DNA of 64,000 bases from Comamonadaceae bacterium (lineage in GTDB: Bacteria; Pseudomonadota; Gammaproteobacteria; Burkholderiales; Burkholderiaceae_C), in NCBI GenBank assembly GCA_027490925.1, contig JAIXXF010000045.1, forward strand, positions 178,116 through 242,115. Reading direction: 5' to 3'. The notes beneath the pieces were generated by a model. The model ran no database searches. It was not told where the DNA came from and saw only the letters and a program-made list of their open reading frames with translations. The translations under genes were made by a program, and so were the position numbers. Shown here in pieces: positions 1-10,204 of this stretch (positions within the stretch are counted from its first letter, which is position 1; every line of letters starts with the position of its first letter).

Positions 1-1532
1 ACCAGGGCGTCGAACTCGATGCGTTTTTCTTCTCCCTGGTGCGCCATTACCAGCCACTTCGAGTCGCCCACGCGCTCGCAGCGAAGTGCCTGGTGGCCAG
101 TCAACACCTGCACGCCGTCGGCGCTCAGTGAGCGGTGCACGCATTCGGCGGCGTCCTCGTCTTCGCGCAGCATCAGGCGCGGGGCCATTTCCACCTGGGT
201 CACTTGCGCCCCCAGCCGTGCAAAGGCCTGAGACAGCTCGCAACCGATCGGCCCGCCGCCCAACACGACCATCCGCTGCGGCAGTTCATACAGCCGGGAC
301 AGCGCTTCCCACAGCGTGTCGCTGGTGAGGTAGCCCACCTCGTCCAACCCTGGCAAGGGCGGTACCAACGGCTCGGCTCCTGCCGCGATCACGATGCTGC
401 GGGCCGTCAGGCGCTGCACCTTGGCCTGACCGGGTGCCGGGTCGTTGAGGGTGATGTCCACGGTCCATGGGTTGACCAATCGGGCGTGGCCCTGCACCAC
501 ATCGACACCAAGCTCTGTGTAGCGCGCCACGCTGTCGTGCGGTGCGATGGCCGCCACCACGTCATTCACCCGCTGCATCAAGGCCCGGAAGTTGAAATTG
601 GGCGTGCCGTTGGTGAGCCCGTGTGGCGCCCCGTGCCGAATCTGATGGGCCAGCTTGGCGCTTTTGATCAACGCTTTGCTGGGCACGCAGCCGTAGTTGA
701 GGCAGTCACCGCCCATCTTGTGCGCTTCCACCAGCGTGACCTTGGCTTTGACGGCCGCCGCGATGTAGGCCGTCACCAGGCCACCCGCGCCCGCGCCAAT
801 CACGATCAGGTTGCGGTCAAAGCGTTTGGGCCGCTCGGCCGCCCACGGGGCGTAAACCTGACGGCCCGCAACCCACGCCAGCGCCCGGCGCGCCACCAAA
901 GGGAACAGACCCAACAGCGCGAACGAACCGATCAAGCCGGGGCTCAATATGCCGCGCAACGACTCCAGCTGCGCCAGTTGGGTGCCTGCGTTCACATAGA
1001 CCGCGGTGCCTGCCAGCATGCCCACTTGGCTCACCCAGTAGAAAGTGCGCGTGGTCATTTGCGTCAATCCCATGACCAGGTTGATCACAAAAAACGGCAC
1101 CAACGGGACCAGCCTGAGGGTGAACAAATAAAACGCCCCGTCTTTGGTCACTCCCTGGTTGATCTCCGCCAAGCGGCTGCGAAAGCGCGCTTCGATCGCG
1201 TCGCGCAGCACGTACCGGGCCATCAAGAACGCCAGTGTCGCGCCGGTGGTGGCGGCGAACGACACGATCAACGTGCCCCACCACAGCCCAAAAATCGCCC
1301 CCCCCGCCAAAGTGAGGATGACCGCCCCAGGGAACGACAGCGCAGTGGCCGCCACATAAACGCCGAAAAACGACACCGCCACCAGCACCGGCCGCTCCGC
1401 GTACAGCGCCTCAAACGTGGAGTGGCTGCGTTGGAGCTGCTCAAGGCTCAGGTAACGCCCCAGGTCCAGCCAGATAAAAGCCGTAATCACGGCCGCGGCC
1501 AGCGCGGCAATGGCGAGTTTTTTGAGGTTCAT
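1..1532 (-). CDS. TVP38/TMEM64 (DedA-like) membrane domain fused to FAD-dependent pyridine nucleotide-disulfide oxidoreductase (mercuric reductase / dihydrolipoamide dehydrogenase-like); C-terminus off the left edge
   Basis: Not in the ORF track because the window edge truncates it. Hand translation of the minus strand from ATG at 1532-1530 gives MNLKKLAIAALAAAVITAFIWLDLG..., then several hydrophobic helices. These are followed by the IVIGAGAGG Rossmann motif, the redox-active GGDCLNYGCVPSK motif and a second VVLGGGPIG. The frame stays open to base 1. ORF 135..1640 (+) is its antisense shadow. Confidence 0.85.
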   Translation of the reverse strand, partial: MNLKKLAIAALAAAVITAFIWLDLGRYLSLEQLQRSHSTFEALYAERPVLVAVSFFGVYVAATALSFPGAVILTLAGGAIFGLWWGTLIVSFAATTGATLAFLMARYVLRDAIEARFRSRLAEINQGVTKDGAFYLFTLRLVPLVPFFVINLVMGLTQMTTRTFYWVSQVGMLAGTAVYVNAGTQLAQLESLRGILSPGLIGSFALLGLFPLVARRALAWVAGRQVYAPWAAERPKRFDRNLIVIGAGAGGLVTAYIAAAVKAKVTLVEAHKMGGDCLNYGCVPSKALIKSAKLAHQIRHGAPHGLTNGTPNFNFRALMQRVNDVVAAIAPHDSVARYTELGVDVVQGHARLVNPWTVDITLNDPAPGQAKVQRLTARSIVIAAGAEPLVPPLPGLDEVGYLTSDTLWEALSRLYELPQRMVVLGGGPIGCELSQAFARLGAQVTQVEMAPRLMLREDEDAAECVHRSLSADGVQVLTGHQALRCERVGDSKWLVMAHQGEEKRIEFDAL

Positions 1533-1632
1533 GCGGGCATTTCACCAGAGTTGCGTGTCCAACGCCCGCCTGGGGTGGCCACCTGTCGTCGCCGTCGGGG
1601 GCCTGCGCTCACAAGTGACGCTGTGCGCGGCC

Positions 1633-2646
1633 TCAGTTGAGCAAGGCTTGGGCGAATTCTGCGGCGTTGAAGGTTTCGAGGTCTTCGAGTTGTTCGCCCA
1701 CCCCAATGAAGTACACCGGCACCGCGCGTGCCCCCCCAGGGGGGGTGGCGCGCGAGGCGGCCCACAGCGCGATGGCCGCCAGCACGCCGCCTTTGGCGGT
1801 GCCGTCGAGCTTGGTGACGATCAGGCCGGTGAGCCCCAACGCCTCGTCAAACGCCTTCACCTGGGCCAGCGCGTTTTGGCCGGTGTTGCCGTCGATCACC
1901 AGCAGCACTTCGTGGGGCCCGGTGGGGTCGGCTTTTTGGATCACGCGTTTGATCTTCTTCAGCTCTTCCATCAGATGCAACTGGGTGGGCAGGCGCCCAG
2001 CGGTGTCGACCAGCACCACGTCGCGCCCACGGGCCTTGCCCGCGCTGACCGCGTCAAAGCTCACCGCGGCGGGGTCGCCGCCGTCCTGGCTGATGATCTC
2101 CACCGTGTTGCGGTCGGCCCAGACGCCGAGTTGCTCGCGGGCCGCGGCCCGGAAGGTGTCGGCCGCTGCCAGCAGCACGCTGGCGCCCGAGTCGGCCAAG
2201 TGCCGGGTGAGCTTGCCAATGGAGGTGGTTTTGCCCGCGCCGTTGACGCCTGCGACCATGATCACCGTTGGCCTCTGAGCGCCAATCACCAGCGGGCGTT
2301 GCAGGGGGCCGAGCATTTCGGTGAGCGAATCCACCAGCAAGCCTTTGACCGCCATGGGGTCGGTCGCCTTGGTGTCTTTGACGCGTTGTTTCAAGTCGCT
2401 CAGCAGGTGGGCGGTGGCGGCGGTGCCAGCGTCGGCCATCAGCAGCGCCGCTTCGAGTTCTTCGTACAGCGCATCGTCGATCTGCGTGCCGGTGAACACC
2501 GTGGCAATGCTGGTGCCCGTTTTGCGAAGCCCAGCCTTGAGTTTGTCCAGCCAGGTGGTGCGCGGCGCGTCGGCGGCGGGCGCCGCCTCGGTTGCCGGTG
2601 CGGGCGATGCGTCAACCGGGGCTTTTTTCTTGAAGAAACTGAACAT
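1633..2646 (-). CDS. ftsY: signal recognition particle receptor FtsY
   Basis: SRP-GTPase NG-domain motifs GVNGAGKTT, DTAGR, TKLDGTAKGG and IGVGE. The track start at 2649 is TTG; the adjacent ATG is at 2646. Confidence 0.95.
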   Translation of the reverse strand: MFSFFKKKAPVDASPAPATEAAPAADAPRTTWLDKLKAGLRKTGTSIATVFTGTQIDDALYEELEAALLMADAGTAATAHLLSDLKQRVKDTKATDPMAVKGLLVDSLTEMLGPLQRPLVIGAQRPTVIMVAGVNGAGKTTSIGKLTRHLADSGASVLLAAADTFRAAAREQLGVWADRNTVEIISQDGGDPAAVSFDAVSAGKARGRDVVLVDTAGRLPTQLHLMEELKKIKRVIQKADPTGPHEVLLVIDGNTGQNALAQVKAFDEALGLTGLIVTKLDGTAKGGVLAAIALWAASRATPPGGARAVPVYFIGVGEQLEDLETFNAAEFAQALLN

Positions 2647-2675
2647 CAAAAGGCTTTTTAGAATCTGCCCATTCT

Positions 2676-4139
2676 ATGAAACACCCATTTCCCACGCGGT
2701 GGCTGGCCGCCGGCCTGCTCGCCACCACCCCCCTTGGGCTGCTGGCTCAGACAACGGTCGCGGCGACAACGCCTACCCAGCCGGTTGCCGCCGCTGCCGC
2801 AGGCGTAACCCAACAATTCACCCTGCGCAACGGCATGACCCTGATCGTCAAGCCCGATCGGCGCGCGCCAACCGCGGTGCACATGGTGTGGGTGCGCGTC
2901 GGCTCGATGGACGAGGTGGACGGAACGTCGGGTGTGGCCCATGTGCTGGAGCACATGCTGTTCAAGGGCACCGCCCAACTGGCACCGGGCGAGTTTTCTC
3001 GCCGCGTGGCGGCCTTGGGAGGGCGAGAAAACGCGTTCACTGCCAGGGATTACACGGGGTACTTTCAGCAAATCCCGGCCAACCGGCTGGAGGACGTGAT
3101 GCGCTTGGAGGCCGATCGCTTCGCCAACAACCGGTGGGCCGACGACGAGTTCCGGCGCGAGATCGAGGTTGTGAAAGAAGAGCGACGCCTGCGCACCGAA
3201 GATTCGCCGCGCGCGCTGATGTCCGAGGCCATGAACGCCGTGACCTTTGTCGCCTCGCCCTACCGCCGCCCGATCATTGGCTGGATGAGCGACCTCGACG
3301 CACTCACCCCCGACGACGTGCGTGCTTTCTACCGCCAGTGGTACAGCCCCGCCAACGCCGCGGTGGTGGTCGCGGGCGACGTGGACGTGAAACAAGTCCA
3401 CGCGCTGGCGGAGCGGCACTACGGCGCCATCGCCGCTCGACCCGTGCCGCCCCGCAAGCCCCGCACCGAACCGCAGCAAACCGGTGTGCGGCGACTCGAC
3501 TTCAAGGCCCCGGCGGAGCAGGCCTACGTGTCGCTGGCCTTCAAGGTGCCGCAGTTGGGCCGACTGGACGCTGCCGCACCAGACGAGGCCAGCGCCCAAG
3601 CCGACACCGATGCGCTGGCGCTGACCGTGCTGGCTGCGGTGCTGGACGGCTACAGCGGCGCCCGCCTGGACCGTGCGCTGACCCAGGGGACCGACCGGGT
3701 GGCCGACAGCGCAGGCGCCTGGAATGGGCTGATGGGCCGAGGCCCACAACTGTTCGTGTTGTACGGCACGCCTGCCGCGGGTCGCCGCGCCACCGAGGTC
3801 GAAGCCGCGCTGCGTGCCGAAGTGGCCCGGGTGGCGCGCGACGGCGTGAGCGACGCCGAGCTCAACCGCGTCAAGACCCAGTGGGTGGCGGGCGAGGTGT
3901 ACAAGCTGGATTCCGTCTTCAATCAGGCGCGCGAGCTTGGCAGCCACTGGGCCCAAGGCCAGCCGTTGGACGCCAGCGAACGCGTGATCGCCCGGTTGCG
4001 TGCCATCACCGCCGAGCAGGTGCGTTCGGTGGCGGCCCGGTACTTTGGCGACGACCAGCTCACCGTGGGCACACTGGTGCCGCAGCCTGTGCCTGCCAAC
4101 CGCCCCAGCCGCCCCGCGCCAGCGGGCGGTCGGCACTGA
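2676..4139 (+). CDS. M16 (pitrilysin/insulinase) family zinc peptidase, catalytic-type subunit, secreted
   Basis: 487 aa with an N-terminal signal-like segment and the inverted zinc motif HVLEHMLFKG (HxxEH). Confidence 0.9.
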   Translation: MKHPFPTRWLAAGLLATTPLGLLAQTTVAATTPTQPVAAAAAGVTQQFTLRNGMTLIVKPDRRAPTAVHMVWVRVGSMDEVDGTSGVAHVLEHMLFKGTAQLAPGEFSRRVAALGGRENAFTARDYTGYFQQIPANRLEDVMRLEADRFANNRWADDEFRREIEVVKEERRLRTEDSPRALMSEAMNAVTFVASPYRRPIIGWMSDLDALTPDDVRAFYRQWYSPANAAVVVAGDVDVKQVHALAERHYGAIAARPVPPRKPRTEPQQTGVRRLDFKAPAEQAYVSLAFKVPQLGRLDAAAPDEASAQADTDALALTVLAAVLDGYSGARLDRALTQGTDRVADSAGAWNGLMGRGPQLFVLYGTPAAGRRATEVEAALRAEVARVARDGVSDAELNRVKTQWVAGEVYKLDSVFNQARELGSHWAQGQPLDASERVIARLRAITAEQVRSVAARYFGDDQLTVGTLVPQPVPANRPSRPAPAGGRH

Positions 4140-4148
4140 GGGGATGTG

Positions 4149-5507
4149 ATGATCGCTATAAAAAGAATAGCTAAAGAATCAGCCTTTTTGAGGGCTGGCT
4201 GCTTGTTTTGTTTGATTTTGGTGTCTCAGTGCGTGTGGGCGGGCATTCCCGTGCAATTTTGGAAGCTGGCCAACGGCGCCGAGGTGTACCTGGCCGAGAG
4301 CCCCGGCATCCCCATGGTGGATGTGCAAATCGACTTCGACGGCGGCAGCCGCCGCGATCCGGCAGACCAAAGCGGTTTGGCCAGCGCCACAGCCGCCCTG
4401 AGCGCCAAGGGTGTCCGTGCAAGCGAGGCCTTGCCCGCGCTGGACGAAAACGCACTCAGCGAGGCCTGGGCCGACCTGGGCGCGAGCTTTGGCGCCAGCG
4501 CCAGCGGCGACCGGTTCAGCTACGTCTTGCGTTCCCTCAGCTACCCCGACCTGCTGGCCCGTGCCGCCGCGCTCGCCGCCCGTCAATTGGCCGAACCCGC
4601 GTTGCCCGACTCGGTGTGGCAACGCGAGCGGGCCGGCCGCATCGCCTCACTGAAAGAGGCCAATACCCGCCCAGCCACTTGGGCCGCCCGCACATTCAAT
4701 CAAGCGGTGTACGGCCCCCACCCCTACGGCGCCGAAGTCACCGCCGAATCACTCAACCGGATCAAGACCGCCGACATGCGGGCCTTCCACGCCCGCCACA
4801 TCGCCGCTTGCCGGGCGCGGGTCAGCCTGGTTGGTGCGGTGGATCGCGCACAGGCCGACGCACTGGCGCAGGCCCTGCTGGCCCGCCTGCCGCGCGGTGC
4901 CTGTGAACCACTGCCTGCGGTGGCCGAGGTGGCCCCACTCACTGGCCCGGTGGTGGCGCGCCTGCCCTTTGCCTCAGCGCAAGCGCACGTCCTCATCGGG
5001 CAGCCCGGTTACCGCCGCGACGACCCCAACCACTTCGCCCTGTTCGTGGGCAACCACATCCTGGGTGGCGGCGGTTTTGTGTCGCGCTTGACCCAAGAGG
5101 TGCGAGAGAAGCGGGGGCTCACCTACGGTGTGTCCAGCGGCTTTGGTCCGGGTCTGCACGCCGGGGCTTTTGTGCTGAGCCTGCAGACCCGGCCAGACCA
5201 GTCCGACCAGGCGGTGCGGGTGGCCCGCGATGTGCTCACCCGTTTCGTGACCGACGGCCCGACCGAGGCCGAGCTCCAGGCGGCAAAAGACAACCTCATC
5301 GGCGGCTTCGCGTTGCGGGTAGACAGCAACAAGAAGCTGCTCGACAACCTCGCCAACATCGCCCAACACCGGTTACCGCTCAACCACTTGGACACTTGGG
5401 TCGACCAGGTTCAGCGCGTCACCGTTGCCGACGTGCGTGCCGCCTTCTCGCGCAAGCTGCAACCCGAGACGATGGTCACCGTCGTCGTCGGCGGTACCAC
5501 CCCATGA
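4149..5507 (+). CDS. M16 family peptidase-like protein (no HxxEH motif; probable non-catalytic partner)
   Basis: About 452 aa, starting 7-10 nt after the preceding M16 gene. Hydrophobic N-terminus and M16-like body (..LTQEVREKRGLTYGV..). Start is GTG 4146 or ATG 4149. Confidence 0.85.
   Translation: MIAIKRIAKESAFLRAGCLFCLILVSQCVWAGIPVQFWKLANGAEVYLAESPGIPMVDVQIDFDGGSRRDPADQSGLASATAALSAKGVRASEALPALDENALSEAWADLGASFGASASGDRFSYVLRSLSYPDLLARAAALAARQLAEPALPDSVWQRERAGRIASLKEANTRPATWAARTFNQAVYGPHPYGAEVTAESLNRIKTADMRAFHARHIAACRARVSLVGAVDRAQADALAQALLARLPRGACEPLPAVAEVAPLTGPVVARLPFASAQAHVLIGQPGYRRDDPNHFALFVGNHILGGGGFVSRLTQEVREKRGLTYGVSSGFGPGLHAGAFVLSLQTRPDQSDQAVRVARDVLTRFVTDGPTEAELQAAKDNLIGGFALRVDSNKKLLDNLANIAQHRLPLNHLDTWVDQVQRVTVADVRAAFSRKLQPETMVTVVVGGTTP
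4155..4171. repeat. AT-rich 17-nt palindromic motif, copy A (GCTATAAAAAGAATAGC)
   Basis: Read directly. It lies in the first codons of the second M16 gene. Confidence 0.4.
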
Positions 5508-6127
5508 GGCCGCCCGCCAAGCGCACCGCCCCAGGAACCGCCCAAGCCACACCGCGTGCAGAGAAGGCACCGGGCGAAGTACGGTTGATCGGTGGCCTGT
5601 GGAAGCGCACCAAGCTGCCAGTTGCCAACCTGCCTGGCCTGCGCCCGACGCCCGACCGCGTACGTGAAACCCTGTTCAACTGGCTGGGGCAAGACCTCAC
5701 GGGCTGGGACTGTGTGGACGCGTTTGCGGGCACCGGCGCGCTTGGCCTGGAGGCCGCCTCCCGTGGCGCAGCCTCGGTGCACCTGGCCGAGCAAGCCTCT
5801 TTGCAGGTGGAGCGCCTGCAGCGCCTGAAAACGCAGTTGGGCGCGGCGGGCGTCACCGTGGTGCGTGGCGACGGGGTCGCCTTGATGCGCCGCTTGCCAC
5901 CCAACAGCATTGACCTGGTGCTGCTGGACCCCCCGTTTGGCGCCGGGTTGGAGGCCCCCGCTCTGCAGGCCGCTGTGCCCCTGCTGCGCGCGGGTGGGTT
6001 CATTTACTTGGAAAGCGACCGCGCCTGGACCGACGACGCTCTGGCGACGAACGGTCTGGAGGTCCACCGCGCGGGCAAAGCGGGCATGGTGCGTTTCCAT
6101 TTGCTCAAAAAAGCGGCAGAGGCATAA
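5504..6127 (+). CDS. rsmD: 16S rRNA (guanine966-N2)-methyltransferase RsmD
   Basis: Motifs LRPTPDRVRETLFNWL, DAFAGTGALGLEAASRGA and LLDPPF. ATG 5504 overlaps the upstream stop (ATGA). The track ORF from 5396 is an out-of-context N-terminal extension. Confidence 0.9.
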   Translation: MRPPAKRTAPGTAQATPRAEKAPGEVRLIGGLWKRTKLPVANLPGLRPTPDRVRETLFNWLGQDLTGWDCVDAFAGTGALGLEAASRGAASVHLAEQASLQVERLQRLKTQLGAAGVTVVRGDGVALMRRLPPNSIDLVLLDPPFGAGLEAPALQAAVPLLRAGGFIYLESDRAWTDDALATNGLEVHRAGKAGMVRFHLLKKAAEA

Positions 6128-6134
6128 TCGGTCG

Positions 6135-6930
<796 letters not shown>

Positions 6931-7053
6931 CCTTTGTCGTGTGCCCCTGCGCGCGCCAAACGCTGCAGCGGTGGGGCCTGCCTCAATGGGTGTGCAGGCC
7001 CGCTCGTCGCGATGCGGCCACTGGCAGGGCCCTGCGGGTGCCGCCAGCGCGTC

Positions 7054-7485
7054 TCAGGGCGCCGAGTCGGTTTTCTTCTTTTTTTCCGGCTTGGCTTTGA
7101 TCACATAGTCGGGCGTGACCACCTTGCTGCGGGTGTTCTGGATCTGCTGCTTGCGTTTGGTTTCAGCGTCGTACCGGGCTTTCGCATCGGCGATGCGTTG
7201 GGAGTCATTGGCCAGTTTGGCCTGTTTCAGTCGCAGGGCATCGACCCGTGCCTCCTCTTTGAGTCGTGCCCTTTCCATCGCGTCCGCCGCACGCGCGTTG
7301 CGCTGCGCCGCGGTGTCGCTGTCGCGTTTTTGGGCTGCGCTGCGTGGGTCAGACACATCCACAGCGGTGCCCTGGGGGCAGGGCGATTCGCTGTAGCTGT
7401 TGCCACACCGGTACACGGTCTGCGCAGCCACCAGGCCACCGGATGCGGCGACCAGCATCACAACACAAGCTCTGAACAGGCGCAT
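7054..7485 (-). CDS. DUF4124-like secreted protein with charged coiled-coil tail
   Basis: Signal peptide MRLFRACVVMLVAASGGLVAAQ, a VYRCGNSYSESPC motif, then a Lys/Arg/Glu-rich C-terminus. Confidence 0.7.
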   Translation of the reverse strand: MRLFRACVVMLVAASGGLVAAQTVYRCGNSYSESPCPQGTAVDVSDPRSAAQKRDSDTAAQRNARAADAMERARLKEEARVDALRLKQAKLANDSQRIADAKARYDAETKRKQQIQNTRSKVVTPDYVIKAKPEKKKKTDSAP

Positions 7486-7536
7486 GGTTCCTCCAAAAAC
7501 GGCGGGCAGAAATGGGGGCTGGGGTGTTTGGGGGCG

Positions 7537-8226
7537 TCAGTGGACGCGTGGCTCGGGCGTTTCCAGCGGGATCGTCTGCGGGGACAGCGGGGCGGTTTTG
7601 GCGTTGGCAGGCGGTGGTGTCGCCTGCGCTGGCCTTGCGGGCTTGGGACGGGGCGGCTTGCGGGTGTGCACCGCCATCGTGGCTTTCTCCATGGCCCCCG
7701 CCAACAGGTGCGGCACGGCCTGCAAGGAGTGGGCAATGCCCGCTTCGATCGCCGTGCGGTGGTCTGGTGAGGGCTTTTTCAGCACCCAGTTCGCCACCTC
7801 GGCTTTCACCCCGGGGTGGCCCACGCCCAGGCGCAAGCGCCAGTAGTCCGCCGTGCCCAACTGCGCATGGATGTCCCGCAACCCATTGTGTCCAGCATGG
7901 CTGCCGCCAAACTTGAGCTTGACCTCGCCCGGGGCAATGTCCAGCTCGTCGTGCACCACCAGAATCTCTTGCGGCGCGATCTTGAAAAACCGTGCGAGCG
8001 ATGCGACCGATTTCCCCGACAGGTTCATGAAGGTCTGTGGTTCCAACAACCACACGGTTTGCCCCGCCACCGCGGTGCGTGCCACCAGGCCGTGGTGGCC
8101 GCGATCGGGTTGCAGCGACACCTTGAGGTCGCGGGCCAGCGCGTCCACCCACCAGAAACCGGCGTTGTGCCGGGTCGCGTCGTACTCTGGACCGGGGTTG
8201 CCGAGGCCGACAAACAACTTGATCAT
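7537..8226 (-). CDS. pth: peptidyl-tRNA hydrolase (with Pro-rich C-terminal extension)
   Basis: [24 protein letters not shown] and [15 protein letters not shown] at 8226 lies inside track ORF 7537..8310. Confidence 0.93.
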   Translation of the reverse strand: MIKLFVGLGNPGPEYDATRHNAGFWWVDALARDLKVSLQPDRGHHGLVARTAVAGQTVWLLEPQTFMNLSGKSVASLARFFKIAPQEILVVHDELDIAPGEVKLKFGGSHAGHNGLRDIHAQLGTADYWRLRLGVGHPGVKAEVANWVLKKPSPDHRTAIEAGIAHSLQAVPHLLAGAMEKATMAVHTRKPPRPKPARPAQATPPPANAKTAPLSPQTIPLETPEPRVH

Positions 8227-8291
8227 GGTGAAATTATCGCGCTTGGAACCGTGTTGACCCACCACGCCAGTGGCGACCGACAAGCGGTGCC

Positions 8292-8356
8292 GAAAACGAC
8301 AACGGCCCACCGTGGTGGGCCGTTGGCAAGCGGTCCCTGCGGTTGGGCCCGCAGGG
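8292..8356 (-). terminator. tandem hairpins downstream of rplY; the distal one is followed by a U-rich tail
   Basis: An 8-bp stem (8335-8342 / 8349-8356) sits just after the rplY stop. A perfect 10-bp stem AACGGCCCAC/GTGGGCCGTT (8301-8324) follows, and on the minus-strand RNA it is trailed by GUCGUUUUCG. Confidence 0.65.
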
Positions 8357-8364
8357 GATGGGCA

Positions 8365-9000
8365 TCACTTCTTGCCTTTGCCTTTGCCCTTGGCATCGGC
8401 CGCCGGGGCAGCGGCGGCTGGGTCGGGTGCCACTTCCACCACCGGCGGGGTCGCCGACACGAGCACCGGGTTGACCTTGCCACGCAACACCGCCTTGACG
8501 CCTTTGGGCAATTTGACGTCATTCAGGTGAACCGAGGCGCCTTTTTTCAGCTCGCTCAGGTCCACAGCGATGAACTCGGGCAAGTCGCGTGGCAAGCAAG
8601 CGACTTCGATTTCGTTCAGCACGTGGTTGATCAGGCAAGCGTCGGCCTTGACCGCTGGCGAGTTCTCTTCGCCGCTGTAGTGGATGGCCACTTTGGTGTG
8701 CAGCACGGTGTTCGCGTCCACGCGCTGGAAATCCACGTGCTGGACTTGTTGCTTGTAAGGGTGCATGACGAAGTCACGCAACAGCACCTTGGTGACGCTG
8801 CCGTTCAGCTCCATTTCCAGCACGCTGGAGTGGAACACTTCTTTCTTCAGCGCGTGCCACAGCGCGTTGTGATCGAGTTCGATCAGCTGTGGCTTGCCGT
8901 CGGTGCCACCGTAGACGATGCCGGGGGTCTTGCCCGAATTGCGGAGACGGCGGCTCGCACCCGTGCCCTGCTTGGTACGCTCAAAAGCGACGAATTTCAT
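8365..9000 (-). CDS. rplY: 50S ribosomal protein L25 / general stress protein Ctc
   Basis: [20 protein letters not shown]..., a long Ctc-type C-terminal domain and an Ala/Lys tail. Confidence 0.93.
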   Translation of the reverse strand: MKFVAFERTKQGTGASRRLRNSGKTPGIVYGGTDGKPQLIELDHNALWHALKKEVFHSSVLEMELNGSVTKVLLRDFVMHPYKQQVQHVDFQRVDANTVLHTKVAIHYSGEENSPAVKADACLINHVLNEIEVACLPRDLPEFIAVDLSELKKGASVHLNDVKLPKGVKAVLRGKVNPVLVSATPPVVEVAPDPAAAAPAADAKGKGKGKK

Positions 9001-9045
9001 AACTGCTCCCTGAGGAATCCACCGCGACCAGTGTGATTCCGGTTG

Positions 9046-9068
9046 AAAAAGACCCCGCCATCGGGGTC
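9046..9068 (-). terminator. rho-independent terminator/attenuator downstream of prs
   Basis: The minus-strand RNA reads GACCCCG-AUGG-CGGGGUC followed by UUUUU, 17 nt after the prs stop and 45 nt before the rplY start. Confidence 0.7.
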
Positions 9069-9084
9069 TGCCACTTGCTTCAGA

Positions 9085-10059
9085 TCAAAACAGGTTGTCT
9101 TGGTCTGAGAACAAACTCATCACCGACTCACCCTTGGCGATGCGCTGGATCGTTTCGGCGATCAGCGGCGCCACGGACAGTTGGCGGATCTTGCCGCAAG
9201 CGAGTGCGGCGTCGCTCAACGGGATGGTGTTGGTCACCACCACCTCGTCGAGCACCGACCCCTTGGAGATGCGCTCGATCGCCGGGCCGGAAAAAATGGG
9301 GTGGGTGCAGTAGGCGTAGACTTTTTTGGCACCGCGTTCCTTCAGCACCTCTGCCGCTTTGACCAGCGTGCCTGCGGTGTCGATCATGTCGTCCATGATC
9401 ACGCAGTTGCGACCATCGATCTCGCCGATCACGTGCATCACCTCGCTGACGTTGGCTTTGGGGCGGCGTTTGTCGATGATGGCCATGTCGCAGTTCAGCT
9501 GCTTAGCCAGCGCACGCGCGCGCACCACGCCGCCGACGTCGGGCGACACCACGATCAGGTCGTCGTATTTCTGCATCCGCAGGTCACCCAGTAACACGGG
9601 CGATGCGTAGATGTTGTCCACCGGGATGTCAAAGAACCCCTGGATCTGGTCGGCGTGCAGGTCCATGGTCAGCACACGGTCCACACCGACCGCCTGCAGC
9701 ATGTTGGCCACCACCTTGGCCGTGATCGGGACCCGCGCTGAGCGGGGGCGGCGGTCTTGCCGCGCGTAGCCGAAATAAGGAATGACCGCGCTGATGCGCT
9801 CGGCCGAGGCGCGCTTCAGCGCATCGACCATGATCAGCAATTCCATCAGGTTCTCGTTGGTCGGTGCGCAGGTGGACTGCACCACGAACACATCGCGTGC
9901 CCGGACGTTTTGGGTGATTTCAACGGTGACTTCACCGTCAGAGAAGCGACCGACGTGTGCAGCGCCCAGCGTGATGCCCAGATTCTGTGCGATCTCTGCG
10001 GCCATGCCTGGGTTGGCGTTGCCGGTGAAGACCATGAAATCCGGGTGGTGAACCTGCAT
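9085..10059 (-). CDS. prs: ribose-phosphate pyrophosphokinase
   Basis: [33 protein letters not shown] and the PRPP-binding DDMIDTAGT motif. Confidence 0.96.
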   Translation of the reverse strand: MQVHHPDFMVFTGNANPGMAAEIAQNLGITLGAAHVGRFSDGEVTVEITQNVRARDVFVVQSTCAPTNENLMELLIMVDALKRASAERISAVIPYFGYARQDRRPRSARVPITAKVVANMLQAVGVDRVLTMDLHADQIQGFFDIPVDNIYASPVLLGDLRMQKYDDLIVVSPDVGGVVRARALAKQLNCDMAIIDKRRPKANVSEVMHVIGEIDGRNCVIMDDMIDTAGTLVKAAEVLKERGAKKVYAYCTHPIFSGPAIERISKGSVLDEVVVTNTIPLSDAALACGKIRQLSVAPLIAETIQRIAKGESVMSLFSDQDNLF

Positions 10060-10096
10060 GAGCGTTCCAGCGATCTAAATTAAATGCCAAACATTT

Positions 10097-10173
10097 TGGC
10101 AGGGGAGGAAGGACTCGAACCCTCGCATGCCGGAATCAAAATCCGGTGCCTTTACCAACTTGGCGACTCCCCT
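10097..10173 (-). tRNA. tRNA-Gln (anticodon UUG)
   Basis: The reverse complement folds as a cloverleaf. Acceptor is AGGGGAG/CTCCCCT, the anticodon loop is TTTTGAT, the T-loop is GGTTCGAGTCC, and the 3' end is GCCA. Confidence 0.93.
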
Positions 10174-10204
10174 ACACAGGAGGGCGATTGACACCACCCA
10201 CCGT

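Noticed and set aside
135-1640. 501-aa + strand ORF (and the overlapping 1510..2661, 1637..2278 and 2321..4174 + ORFs)
   Set aside because: Their Arg/His/Gln/Gly-rich, low-complexity translations carry no motifs. They lie antisense to, or out of frame with, well-supported genes (the DedA-oxidoreductase fusion, ftsY, the M16 peptidase). This is the typical stop-codon-poor shadow frame of high-GC DNA.
2658-4136. 492-aa minus-strand ORF covering the first M16 peptidase gene
   Set aside because: It is the antisense shadow of a gene with a clear HxxEH zinc motif, and its translation is Arg/Gly/His-rich without domains.
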